From Alphaproteobacteria bacterium (GTDB lineage Bacteria; Pseudomonadota; Alphaproteobacteria; Bin95), in contig CBDBGH010000003.1 in the NCBI GenBank assembly GCA_965205265.1, positions 1,152,001 to 1,216,000 of the forward strand: a stretch of DNA of 64,000 bases, written 5' to 3'. The notes under the pieces are model-generated. The model did no database searches, had not been told where the DNA came from, and worked only from the letters and a program-made list of their open reading frames with translations. The position numbers were made by a program, and so were the translations under genes. Shown here in pieces: positions 47,833-57,371 of the stretch (positions are counted from its first letter, which is position 1; the number at the start of each line of letters is the position of its first letter).

Positions 47833-48680
47833 GACGCCAGCCAGGCTTCCAGGTTCTCGACTTCGCCGGCGTCCCGGGCCGCCCGGAAGGCCTCGTTGGC
47901 GCTGGCGTTGGCGGTGAATTCCGCACGGGCGGCCGCGGCGATTTCGGGCGTGAGGTCGAGGCCGCCCGCATCGATGGCGGCGACGATTGCGGCATAGCCG
48001 CGCGCCGCCCGGTCGGCCGTGTCGGGCGACTGGGTGATCGAGCCGTCGCGCTTGACATAGTCGTAGCCGGTTCGCGCGAGGCCGCGGAATTCCGGGCAGC
48101 GGCTCAGCACTTCGAGGTTGAATACGACATCGCTGCAGAAGTCGAAGGCGCGCCAGCCCCCGCCCGCGAGCTCGCGGCGGAGGAGCGCGTTCATCGGCAG
48201 GCGGGGGGCGAGGATCGCCTCGGCCGTCAGCCGGAAGTCCGCCGGAGTTGCCGGGAACGCCGTCTTCGTCAGGCAACCTCCGATCCAGAGCGCCGTATTG
48301 TCCACCGCCGCGCCGTAGCGCTCCGCATAGGGCAGCATGAAGGCGAGCCGCTCCGGGCGCATGGCGTCGTCGGCATCGAGATTGGCGACGAAACGCCCCC
48401 GCGCCGCGGCCAGCGCGGCATTGCGGGCGGGCCCGTCGCCGCTGCCCGTTCGTCCCGTGGAAACCTGCCGGAGGCGCGGGTCGGCGCAGCCCAGCATGGC
48501 CGCGTAGTCCTCGCCGTCGTCGGAAGCGAGCACCACCTCGATATCGTCGAACGTCTGGGCGAGCGCGCTTCGGACCGCCTTGCCGATCGTCCCGGCGGCC
48601 TCGAAACACGGGACCAGAATGCTGACGGTCGGTGCTAGACTGTGCGCCAGGGAGCCGTCCTCCGTCGGGGCGCGGCACAT
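47829..48680 (-). CDS. glycosyltransferase family 2
   Basis: VSILVPCF, SALAQT, ARNAAL, LDADD motifs; start uncertain (ATG 48680 or CTG 48653). Confidence 0.85.
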   Translation of the reverse strand: MCRAPTEDGSLAHSLAPTVSILVPCFEAAGTIGKAVRSALAQTFDDIEVVLASDDGEDYAAMLGCADPRLRQVSTGRTGSGDGPARNAALAAARGRFVANLDADDAMRPERLAFMLPYAERYGAAVDNTALWIGGCLTKTAFPATPADFRLTAEAILAPRLPMNALLRRELAGGGWRAFDFCSDVVFNLEVLSRCPEFRGLARTGYDYVKRDGSITQSPDTADRAARGYAAIVAAIDAGGLDLTPEIAAAARAEFTANASANEAFRAARDAGEVENLEAWLAS

Positions 48681-48703
48681 TAGCAGTATCGGAGAAAGCC
48701 CGC

Positions 48704-49510
48704 ATGAACGGCCTGCCGTCCTACGATGTCTTCGCAATCCGCTACGGCGAGCAGAAGGAGCGCCCGGAGGGCTCGACCTTCATGGGCGGCGACCCGGCGA
48801 AGACGATCCCCGGCCTCGACTTCTTCACCTATGTTATCGCCGGGGCAGGAAGGACCTGGATCGTCGATACCGGCTTCAAGGCCGACATTTCCGGCGAGGG
48901 CGGGCGCATGTTCCTGCACGACCCGGCGGCCGTGCTGGGCCGGCTCGGCGTCGATGCGAAGACGGCGCCCGACGTCCTGCTGACCCACGCGCATTTCGAC
49001 CATGTCGGCAATCTCGCCGACTATCCTGCGGCGTCTTTCCGCATGCACGCCGAGGAAATGGCGTCGATCACCGGCCCTGACATGACGCATCCGGCCTTCC
49101 GCCACGCCTACCATCTGCGCGACACCCAGGCGCTGGTGCAGCTCGTCTATGAAGACCGGCTGCGTTTCGACACCGACCCGGTCGTCGAAATCGCCCCCGG
49201 CCTCGAATCGCACCTGATCGGCGGCCATGCGCGCGGCCAGACGGTGCTGCGCGTCCACAGCAGGCGGGGCTGGATCCTGCTCGCCTCCGATGCCGTCCAC
49301 CTGTTCGAGGAAGTGACGGACGAGCGTCCGTTCGCCATCTTCTACGACCTCGCGAAGATGGTGGAAGGGTATCGGCGCTGCCTGGCGCTTGCGGGCTCGC
49401 TCGACCGGCTGGTTCCCGGCCACGACCAGCTGGTGACGGCGCGTTATCCGGCCCCGAGCGCCGGGCTCGAAGGCATCGTATTCGACCTTGGCGCCGAGCC
49501 CTCGGCCTGA
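48704..49510 (+). CDS. metallo-beta-lactamase fold hydrolase, AHL-lactonase family
   Basis: VDTG, THAHFDHVG, GGH, SDA, PGHD motifs. Confidence 0.88.
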   Translation: MNGLPSYDVFAIRYGEQKERPEGSTFMGGDPAKTIPGLDFFTYVIAGAGRTWIVDTGFKADISGEGGRMFLHDPAAVLGRLGVDAKTAPDVLLTHAHFDHVGNLADYPAASFRMHAEEMASITGPDMTHPAFRHAYHLRDTQALVQLVYEDRLRFDTDPVVEIAPGLESHLIGGHARGQTVLRVHSRRGWILLASDAVHLFEEVTDERPFAIFYDLAKMVEGYRRCLALAGSLDRLVPGHDQLVTARYPAPSAGLEGIVFDLGAEPSA

Positions 49511-49577
49511 TTCGGGCCAACCCTTGCGCAGGCGGCATCTCTGGCTATAGTCGCGCGTCCTTTCGGAGGGACCTTCC

Positions 49578-49967
49578 ATGCTGATCTCACCGGCCTACGC
49601 GCAGAGTGCGGGTGGCGGCGGCGACATGCTGACCGGCCTGTTGCCGATCATCCTCATCTTCGTCGTGTTCTACTTCCTGCTGATCCGCCCGCAGCAGAAG
49701 AAGGCCAAGGCGCATCGCGAACTCGTGGCCGCGCTCCGGCGCGGCGACAGGGTTGTGACCGCCGGCGGCATTATGGGCGTCGTCGCCCGCGTCAGCAACG
49801 AGCATGAAGTGCTGGTGGAGATCGCGGAGGGCGTGCGGGTGCGCATGGTCCGCTCGCAGATCACCGATGTGCTGAGCAAGCCCGGCCAGGCCCAGGCCGC
49901 CGCGCCGGCCGCTCAGGCAGGGGGCGGCAGCCTCCTCGGCGGACTGTTCGGCCGCAGGGGCAACTAG
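49578..49967 (+). CDS. yajC: preprotein translocase subunit YajC
   Basis: FYFLLIRPQQK, RGDRVVTAGGI motifs. Confidence 0.96.
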   Translation: MLISPAYAQSAGGGGDMLTGLLPIILIFVVFYFLLIRPQQKKAKAHRELVAALRRGDRVVTAGGIMGVVARVSNEHEVLVEIAEGVRVRMVRSQITDVLSKPGQAQAAAPAAQAGGGSLLGGLFGRRGN

Positions 49968-49973
49968 CCTGCA

Positions 49974-51536
49974 ATGCTCTACTTCGCCAGGTGGAAGATC
50001 GTCGTCATCCTGGCGATTTGCGCGCTCGGGCTCGTCTATGCATCGCCGAATTTCTGGCGCTCGGACAATCTCGGCACGGACCTGCCGAGCTGGATTCCGC
50101 ACAAGACCGTCAATCTCGGCCTCGACCTCCAGGGCGGCGCGCACCTGCTGATCGAGGTGCAGACGAGCGCCGTGCTGAAGGAACGCCTGGAAGCGGTGGA
50201 GGACAATGTGCGCCGCAGCCTGCGCGATGCGCGCATCGGCTATCGCGGACTCGGCGTGCGCGACCGGGCCGTGGTGTTCACGCTCCGCGACGCCGGCGAT
50301 GTCGGACGCGCCCGGCAGCTCGTGGCCGAACGCGACGCTCTCGTGACCGTCGAGATCGACGAGTCCGGGGCCGCCCGGCTGGAATATCCCACGGAAGTGG
50401 TCGTCGATGTCGAGAGCGCGGCGGTCGAACAGACGCTCGAAATCCTGCGCATCCGGCTGAACGAGCTCGGCCTTCGCGAGCCGACGATCCAGCGCCACGG
50501 CCTGGACCGCATCATCGTGCAGCTTCCGGGTGTGGACGATCCGGACACGATCAAGGACCTGCTTACCCAGACGGCGAAGCTCACCTTCCATCTTCTCGAC
50601 CAGCGCAATGCGGACCCGACTGCGGCCGCCCCGCCCGGCGCGCGCTGGCACAAGGGCACGGACCCGCTCGGGCAGGTCACCGATTATCTCGTCGAAAAGC
50701 GGGTGCGGGTTTCCGGCGAGCGCCTTGTCGATGCCCAGCAGACCTTCCAGGACGGGCAGCCCGTGGTGAGCTTCCGCTTCGATTCGGTGGGCGCACGCCA
50801 GTTCGGCCGCACCACGGGCGAGCATGTCGGGCGGCCGCTGGCCATCGTGCTCGACAACGAGGTCATCAGCGCGCCCAGGATCAACGAGCCTATCCTGGGC
50901 GGCTCCGGCATCATTTCGGGATCGTTTTCGCTGACGGAAGCGCAGAACCTGGCGCTGCTGCTCCGCGCCGGCGCCTTGCCGGCGCCGCTGGTCTATCTGG
51001 AGGAGCGCACGGTCGGGCCCGGCCTCGGGCAGGACTCCATCGACGCCGGCAAGGCGGCGAGCATCATCGGCATGGTCGCCGTGCTGGTGTTCATGGTGGT
51101 GGTCTATGGCCTCTTCGGCCTCATGGCGAATGTCGCGCTGGTGTTCAACATGGCGCTCATTTTCGGCGCGCTGTCGCTGCTGCAGGCGACGCTCACCCTT
51201 CCCGGCATTGCCGGCATCGTGCTGACCATCGGCATGGCGGTGGACGCCAATGTGCTGATCTTCGAGCGTATCCGCGAGGAGGCGCGGGTCGGGCGCGGCG
51301 TGATCGGGGCCATCGACGCGGGCTACGACAGGGCGCTCAAGACGATCATCGACGCGAACCTGACCACCCTGATCGCCGCGGCGCTGCTCTTCTGGTTCGG
51401 CTCCGGGCCGGTCAAGGGGTTCGCGGTCACACTCGCCATCGGCATCATGACCTCCATGTTCACCGCCATCTGGGTCACGCGGCTGATGGTCGTCCTTTGG
51501 GTCCGCCGCCGGCGCCCGCAAATGTTGCCGATCTGA
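49974..51536 (+). CDS. secD: protein translocase subunit SecD
   Basis: LGLDLQGG, LRAGALP, GMAVDANVLIFERIREE motifs. Confidence 0.97.
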   Translation: MLYFARWKIVVILAICALGLVYASPNFWRSDNLGTDLPSWIPHKTVNLGLDLQGGAHLLIEVQTSAVLKERLEAVEDNVRRSLRDARIGYRGLGVRDRAVVFTLRDAGDVGRARQLVAERDALVTVEIDESGAARLEYPTEVVVDVESAAVEQTLEILRIRLNELGLREPTIQRHGLDRIIVQLPGVDDPDTIKDLLTQTAKLTFHLLDQRNADPTAAAPPGARWHKGTDPLGQVTDYLVEKRVRVSGERLVDAQQTFQDGQPVVSFRFDSVGARQFGRTTGEHVGRPLAIVLDNEVISAPRINEPILGGSGIISGSFSLTEAQNLALLLRAGALPAPLVYLEERTVGPGLGQDSIDAGKAASIIGMVAVLVFMVVVYGLFGLMANVALVFNMALIFGALSLLQATLTLPGIAGIVLTIGMAVDANVLIFERIREEARVGRGVIGAIDAGYDRALKTIIDANLTTLIAAALLFWFGSGPVKGFAVTLAIGIMTSMFTAIWVTRLMVVLWVRRRRPQMLPI

Positions 51537-51552
51537 GGGGCGAAGGGGCACG

Positions 51553-52503
51553 ATGCGACCGCTGCGGCTCATTCCACCCGACACCAATTTCCGCTTCATC
51601 GCGCTCAGAAAGCGCGCCTATGTCGTCTCGATCCTGTTGATCCTGGCCTCCGTGGCGTCGCTCGCGGTGCAGAGCCTGAATTTCGGCATCGACTTCGTCG
51701 GCGGCACGCTGATCGAGGTGCGCACGAAGGGCCCGGCCGATATTTCGGCAATGCGCCAGACGCTCTCCGCGCTCGACCGGGGCGAGGTCGGCCTGCAGGA
51801 GTTCGGCCAGCCGACCGACGTGTTGATCCGCATCCAGCAGCAGCCGGGCGGGGATGCCGCCCAGCAGGCCACGGTGGCCGCGGTGAAGGAGGCGCTCGGC
51901 GACAGTGTTGAGGAATACCGGCGGGTCGAGGTCGTCGGTCCCAAGGTCGGCGGCGAGCTGATCGAGGCGGGCGCGATCTCCGTTGCGCTCGCCCTGCTTG
52001 CGATCATGGCCTACATCTGGTTCCGCTTCGAATGGCAGTTCGGCGTGGGCGCGGTGCTGGCGCTCGCCCATGACGTCGTCACGACCGTGGGTGTCTTCTC
52101 CCTCCTGCAGCTGGAATTCAACCTCTCCACCGTGGCTGCGGTGCTGACCATTGCCGGCTATTCGATCAACGACACGGTGGTCGTCTTCGACCGGGTGCGC
52201 GAGAACCTGCGCCGCTACAAGACCCTGCCGATGACCGACCTGCTGAACAAGTCGGTCAACGAAACCCTGTCGCGCACGGTCATGACCTCCGCGACCACAC
52301 TGCTGGCGCTGTTTTCCCTCTTTTTCCTCGGCGGCGAGGTCATTCGCGATTTCGCCTTCGCGATGATCTGGGGCGTCATCATCGGCACCTATTCCTCGGT
52401 CTGGATTGCGTCGGCCACGCTGCTGTGGATGGGGGTGCGCCCGAGCGCGACGGACGACCTGCCCGACGACGCCGAAGTCGCCCGCACGCTCGGCGACCGA
52501 TGA
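51553..52503 (+). CDS. secF: protein translocase subunit SecF
   Basis: GIDFVGG, GYSINDTVVVFDRVRE motifs. Confidence 0.97.
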   Translation: MRPLRLIPPDTNFRFIALRKRAYVVSILLILASVASLAVQSLNFGIDFVGGTLIEVRTKGPADISAMRQTLSALDRGEVGLQEFGQPTDVLIRIQQQPGGDAAQQATVAAVKEALGDSVEEYRRVEVVGPKVGGELIEAGAISVALALLAIMAYIWFRFEWQFGVGAVLALAHDVVTTVGVFSLLQLEFNLSTVAAVLTIAGYSINDTVVVFDRVRENLRRYKTLPMTDLLNKSVNETLSRTVMTSATTLLALFSLFFLGGEVIRDFAFAMIWGVIIGTYSSVWIASATLLWMGVRPSATDDLPDDAEVARTLGDR

Positions 52504-52880
52504 CCGACATCAGCCCTGTCGTCCCGCAAGGCCGGCAGGTCGTCGAAAGCTACGGGAGCGGGCGCTTCCGCATTTCCGGCGCCGTGTGGACGGGGTCGGT
52601 GCTGCTCCGCCCCGACGCGGCCCTGTCCTGGTCCGTGGCCGACTTCCGGGACCTCACGCTGGAGAGCCTCATGCCGCTGACGGAGGGGGAGGACATCCCG
52701 GAAATTCTGCTGATCGGCTGCGGCAACCGGGCGGAGTTCCTGCCCCGTGCGCTGCGCGAGGCGATCCGGGCCGAGGGCATGGTCGCCGACGCCATGGATA
52801 CCGGCGCGGCCTGCCGCACCTACAATGTGCTGATGGCGGAAGACCGCCGCGTCGCCGCCGCGCTCATCGCCGTCGAATAG
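52500..52880 (+). CDS. Mth938/DUF498 family protein
   Basis: ILLIGCG, MDTGAACRTYNVLMAEDRRVAAAL motifs; usual secF neighbour. Confidence 0.92.
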   Translation: MTDISPVVPQGRQVVESYGSGRFRISGAVWTGSVLLRPDAALSWSVADFRDLTLESLMPLTEGEDIPEILLIGCGNRAEFLPRALREAIRAEGMVADAMDTGAACRTYNVLMAEDRRVAAALIAVE

Positions 52881-53748
52881 CCCCGCCTTCCTCGCAAGCG
52901 GGAAGAGTATCGGGTGGGCAGTCCCGATATTGGTTGTTTGTTCATTTATTTTTGAAATAATTCATTTGAAGAGGACTGCTCTCGGAAAATCTGTGTTATT
53001 ATGTGTGCAGGAGGAAGGAGGCGGCATTCGCGAGGCCGCTTCGTTTCGCCTTTCGCGCTGGCGCGAAAAGCCCCCGATTCGGCCAACAGGCGAAGTGCGC
53101 CCCGCGTCCGGCTCGCGCGCGCGGGCGCATCCGGGCAATCAGGCGCGCAAACCGCGCCGGCGCGAAACGCCCGCCCACGGGCGCGGGCGCCCGCGCAGGA
53201 TACGCGCGAATCAGGGTCCGCCGCTTCGGGGAACCGGGCGATGGAGGGAGTGGAACGAGGTGGAACAAAACGAGGTGAAGGAACGACATGCAGGATTGCG
53301 AAAACAGGGTTTCGGCGGAGCGGGCCTTTGCCCCCCTTTCGTCGTCCCCGCGAAGGCGGGGACCCGGCCTTGGCTCCCGATGCCGCCGCGGCCGATGGAG
53401 AGGAGACCGGGCTGCCGGGGCTGCCGCAAGAACCGGGGCTGGGTTCGGGGCCGGGGCGTCCCCCGCTTTCGCGAGGGCAGGCGGTTGGGGGCATGCAAGG
53501 CAACGCCACCGCACGGAGATGTTCGAATCCAGTAGCCCGCAGGCGGGGGAGGGAGGCAAGCTGCGGCTTCATGCCTGAACCGGCTACAGGATATGAACTC
53601 TCGGCATGCAAAACATGACATCGCATGACACACCGCAGGGGAGTCCGCCGGGCGCGCATGACGAAACATGAGGGGCTTATATGGATAGGTTGACAACAGG
53701 TTTGGGAGGCTTCGCACCTTCTCTCCGGCGTCCAACCCGCCCCCATAT

Positions 53749-53836
53749 CGTCATACCCGGACTTGTTCCGGGTATCCATGCGGCCGTCCGGCGGCAGCGG
53801 TGGAGAGAGATACCCGGAACAAGTCCGGGTATGACG
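53749..53836. repeat. REPIN doublet with tail units
   Basis: CGTCATACCCGGACTTGTTCCGGGTATCC ... GATACCCGGAACAAGTCCGGGTATGACG. Confidence 0.92.
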
Positions 53837-53933
53837 GAGGGGACGTGACGGAGGGGGCGTTGAGGTATGACGGAAGAAATGTCGTCGGTCTCCCCCGTCA
53901 ACCTATCTTTGTAATCTCCAAACATGACATTTC

Positions 53934-54043
53934 GAGCGCCAGGCTAACTGGTGTGGGGGTAGCGGGTGAAAGTCCTGCGGAACGAAGGAGTAGCCGACCG
54001 CGTTCCTCCGCGAGCCGTGCATTGTCGGTCGTGAGGCCGGGCG
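53934..54043 (+). mobile_element. 5' fragment (domain I) of a group II intron
   Basis: GAGCG (variant of GUGCG), then GGTGAAAGTCC, GAAGGAGTAGC, CGAGCCGTGC, GTCGTGAGGC in the order recalled for bacterial class E-like introns; no RT ORF or domain V. Confidence 0.6.
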
Positions 54044-54140
54044 GCTGTCGGCGCGCAACACCGTCGGCGCGCGGCAAGTGGGCATGCGGGGCCGTCCGGG
54101 GTAAAGTCGGCCGGTGCGGCACGGATGCGGGGGGTCCTGC

Positions 54141-55367
54141 GTGACGGAACGACTGCCTTTCGAGGGCCTCAGGGTCATCGACTTCACGCATGTCATCGCG
54201 GGGCCGCTGGCGACCTTCCAGCTTGCGATGCTGGGCGCGGATGTCGTGAAGATCGAGCCGCCGGGGCGCGGCGACCAGTTGCGGCGCATGGGCGGCGAGC
54301 CGGACCGCGCGGAGGACGGGCTGGGCACCGCCTTCCTGGCCATCAACGCCGGCAAGCGCTCGCTGGCGCTGGACCTGAAGCGGCCGGAGGGGCGCGATGC
54401 GGCGTTGCGCCTGGTCGCCGGAGCCGATGTGGTGGCGGAGAACTTCCGTCCCGGCGTGATGGAACGGCTCGGCCTCGGGGCGGACGCGGTGCGGGAGACC
54501 AACCCGCGAGCGGTCTATTGCTCGCTCTCGGGCTATGGGCGCCACCCCGACTGGGCCTGGCGGCCGGCCTACGACCATATCGTGCAGGGCGTGGCGGGCG
54601 CGATGTGGACCCAGGGCGGCGAGGGCGACCCGCCGATCAAGATCGGCTTCCCGATGGCCGACACGGCGGCGGGCTACGCCGCCTTTACGGCGATCTGCGT
54701 GGCGCTGATCGAGCGGAATGCGACGGGCCGGGGCCGGCATGTCGATGTGTCGATGACCGCGGCGACGCTCGCCATGATGGCGACGCCCGTCCACAGCTTC
54801 CTCGGGACGGGGGCTCTGCCGGCGCGGATCGGCAACACGGCTTTCTCCGGCTCGCCGGCCTCGGGCACCTACGAGACGGCCGATGCGGCGGTTGTGCTGA
54901 CCGCGAATACCGGGGCGCAATTCCGGGGCCTCTGCGGGGCGCTTGGGCTGGAGGGGCTCGAGGCGGCGTCGGACCCGATCGCCTGGCGCGACCCGGCGGT
55001 GGACCTCTCCCATGTGCGGAGCGCCATCGCGGCCTGCCTGAAGCGGAAGGACGCCGCGCATTGGGAGCGGGTGCTGAACGAGGCGGGCGTGCCGACCGGC
55101 AAGGTGCGCACCGTGCCGGAGGCGCTGGCGGAGGCTTGCATTGCCGAACGCGGCTTCGTTTCGGCCATCCCGGACCCGGGGCGGCCGGGCGAGGACTTCA
55201 AGCTCCACGGCACGCCTTATGCCTTCGACGGCGAGACGCCGGCGCCTTCGGGCCCCGCACCGCATCTGGGCGAGCACTCGCGCGCCCTGCTCGCGGAGGC
55301 GGGACTCGGCGCAGAGGAGATCGACACGCTGTTCGCGGCGGGGATTGTGGAGGAGAGACGGGCATGA
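54141..55367 (+). CDS. CaiB/BaiF family CoA-transferase
   Basis: VIDFTHVIAGP, GADVVKIE, ENFRPG, YD motifs. Confidence 0.93.
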   Translation: MTERLPFEGLRVIDFTHVIAGPLATFQLAMLGADVVKIEPPGRGDQLRRMGGEPDRAEDGLGTAFLAINAGKRSLALDLKRPEGRDAALRLVAGADVVAENFRPGVMERLGLGADAVRETNPRAVYCSLSGYGRHPDWAWRPAYDHIVQGVAGAMWTQGGEGDPPIKIGFPMADTAAGYAAFTAICVALIERNATGRGRHVDVSMTAATLAMMATPVHSFLGTGALPARIGNTAFSGSPASGTYETADAAVVLTANTGAQFRGLCGALGLEGLEAASDPIAWRDPAVDLSHVRSAIAACLKRKDAAHWERVLNEAGVPTGKVRTVPEALAEACIAERGFVSAIPDPGRPGEDFKLHGTPYAFDGETPAPSGPAPHLGEHSRALLAEAGLGAEEIDTLFAAGIVEERRA

Positions 55368-56374
55368 CGCTCAGAAAGCCGCTCGACCATCCCAGCGTCT
55401 GGCGGCGCGGGGACATGGAGGGGCGCGACGACTGGATCAGGACCTTCTCCGACGCCGAGTTGGAGGAGATACGCGCCGCGCTGCCGCGCCGCTTCGGCGC
55501 GCCCGGTTTCGGCAGGGCGGACTTTCCCTTGCCGATGCTCGGCCCGCGCCTGAAGGACATGGTGGACGAGCTGGAGAACGGGCGCGGCTTTGTGATGATG
55601 CGCGGCCTCGACCGGCTGGAGCTCGACCCTGCGGGGTTGCGGGACGTCTATTGGGGCCTCGCCCAGCATATGGGGCGGACGATCTCCCAGAACTCAGCCG
55701 GAGCGCTCATCGGCGAGGTGTTCGACCGGGGTCTCGACTACGCCGACAACAATGTGCGCGGCCACACGACCAATGCCGAGATCGGCCCGCATTGCGACAC
55801 GGCCGATGTGGTGGGCCTGCTCTGCGTGCATCCGGCGGAGCAGGGCGGCGAAAGCCTGATCGCGTCCTCGGGCGCGATCTACAACGAAATCCTCGCGACC
55901 GCGCCGCATCTGGTCGATGCGCTGGCGGCGGGCTTCCGCATCGACCTCGCGGGCAAGGGGCCGACGGGCGCGGCCGATGAGGTGACGCGATCCCGCATCC
56001 CGGTGTTCTCCTGGTACGAGGGGCGGCTCTCCTGCCGGTTCAACCGCAAGCAGATCGAGGACGGGCAGCGCAAGCTCGGGCGGAGCCTGACGGACGAGGA
56101 GCGGGAGGCGGTGGAGACGGTGGAGCGCCTGGCGCTCGACCCGCGCTTCCGCCTCGACATGGACTTCCGGCCCGGCGACATCCAGTGGCTCAACAACCAC
56201 ACCATCCTGCACGGCCGGGCCGGATACCGGGACAGCGGCGACCCGGAGCGCCGCCGCCTGCTGCTCCGGCTCTGGATGAACATTCCGAACGGGCGGCCGC
56301 TGGCGCCCGCCTTCGCCGACCGTCTGAACACCGGACCGCGCGGCGGCGTCTATGCAAGGGAAGCGAGGGCGTAA
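55364..56374 (+). CDS. TauD/TfdA family Fe(II)/2-oxoglutarate dioxygenase
   Basis: HCD facial triad, NNHTILHGR, RLLLRLW motifs. Confidence 0.9.
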   Translation: MTLRKPLDHPSVWRRGDMEGRDDWIRTFSDAELEEIRAALPRRFGAPGFGRADFPLPMLGPRLKDMVDELENGRGFVMMRGLDRLELDPAGLRDVYWGLAQHMGRTISQNSAGALIGEVFDRGLDYADNNVRGHTTNAEIGPHCDTADVVGLLCVHPAEQGGESLIASSGAIYNEILATAPHLVDALAAGFRIDLAGKGPTGAADEVTRSRIPVFSWYEGRLSCRFNRKQIEDGQRKLGRSLTDEEREAVETVERLALDPRFRLDMDFRPGDIQWLNNHTILHGRAGYRDSGDPERRRLLLRLWMNIPNGRPLAPAFADRLNTGPRGGVYAREARA

Positions 56375-56378
56375 GGCG

Positions 56379-57371
56379 GTGGCGCGCATCAGGACCCCGA
56401 TCTGCGAGCGGCTCGGGATCGAGCATCCGGTGTTCCAGGCAGGCATGGGCTGGGTCGCGCGCGCGGACCTCGCGGCGGCCGTTTCGGAGGCGGGCGGGCT
56501 CGGCGTCGTGGGCGCGGGCTCGACCATGGACGGCGAGCAGCTGCGCGCCGAGATCCGCCGGGTGCGGGAGCTGACCGACAAGCCCTTCGGTGTCGATATC
56601 CTGTTCGCGACCGTGCGCGCGGAGGGCGAGCAGGTCGCTCGTTACACCGACACGGTGCAGGGCATGGTCGAGGCCGTGCTGGAGGAGCGGGCGCCGGTGC
56701 TGGTCTCCGGCCTCGGCAGCCCGGCGGCGGTCGTGCCGGCGGCGCATGAGCGCGGCATTTACGTCATGTCGGTGGTGGGCGCGGTCCGCCATGCCAGGAA
56801 GGCGGTCGCGGACGGCGTGGACGCGGTGGTCGCGTCGGGCATGGACGGCGGCGGCCATGTCGGGCGCATCGGCACGGCGGCGCTCGTGCCGGCCGTGGTG
56901 GACGCGGTGGACGTGCCGGTGCTCGCCGGCGGCGGGCTTGCGGACGGGCGCGGCCTCGCGGCGGCGCTCGCCTTCGGCGCCCAGGGCGTTTGGATGGGCA
57001 CCCGATTCATCGCGACGGCCGAGAGCCGCAGCCATGACAACTACAAGCGCCGGATCGCGGAGACCGACGTGGCCGGAACAGTCGTGACGCGCGCCCATAG
57101 CGGCAAGCCCTGCCGGCTGATCGGCAACGGCTTCACCCGGAGCTGGGCCGGGCGCGAGGCGGAGATCAAGCCCTTCCCGCTCCAGGCGATGGAGGTCGGG
57201 CATCCGGCGTCCGAGCGCGGGCGGATCGAGGGCGACGTGGAGGCGGGCGTGCTGCCCGCCGGGCAGAGCTGCGGCATGATCGGCGATGTCATGCCTGCGG
57301 GCGAAGTGGTGAGGCGGGTCGTCGAGGAAGCGGCGCTCGCCATGGAGAGGATGCGGTCTTTCGGAGGGTGA
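56379..57371 (+). CDS. nitronate monooxygenase/FabK-like FMN oxidoreductase
   Basis: PVFQAGM, GGGH, AGGGLADGRG, MGTRF motifs. Confidence 0.9.
   Translation: MARIRTPICERLGIEHPVFQAGMGWVARADLAAAVSEAGGLGVVGAGSTMDGEQLRAEIRRVRELTDKPFGVDILFATVRAEGEQVARYTDTVQGMVEAVLEERAPVLVSGLGSPAAVVPAAHERGIYVMSVVGAVRHARKAVADGVDAVVASGMDGGGHVGRIGTAALVPAVVDAVDVPVLAGGGLADGRGLAAALAFGAQGVWMGTRFIATAESRSHDNYKRRIAETDVAGTVVTRAHSGKPCRLIGNGFTRSWAGREAEIKPFPLQAMEVGHPASERGRIEGDVEAGVLPAGQSCGMIGDVMPAGEVVRRVVEEAALAMERMRSFGG

Noticed and set aside
52930-53925. Protein-coding genes in the long intergenic region
   Set aside because: Overlapping R/P/A/G-rich ORFs in all frames with no family motifs; the region consists of repeats and palindromes.
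53960-54000. FMN riboswitch or RNase P RNA (GGTGAAAGTCC)
   Set aside because: The FMN CCGGCGGT and GGATG elements and the RNase P core are absent; neighbouring motifs fit group II intron domain I better.
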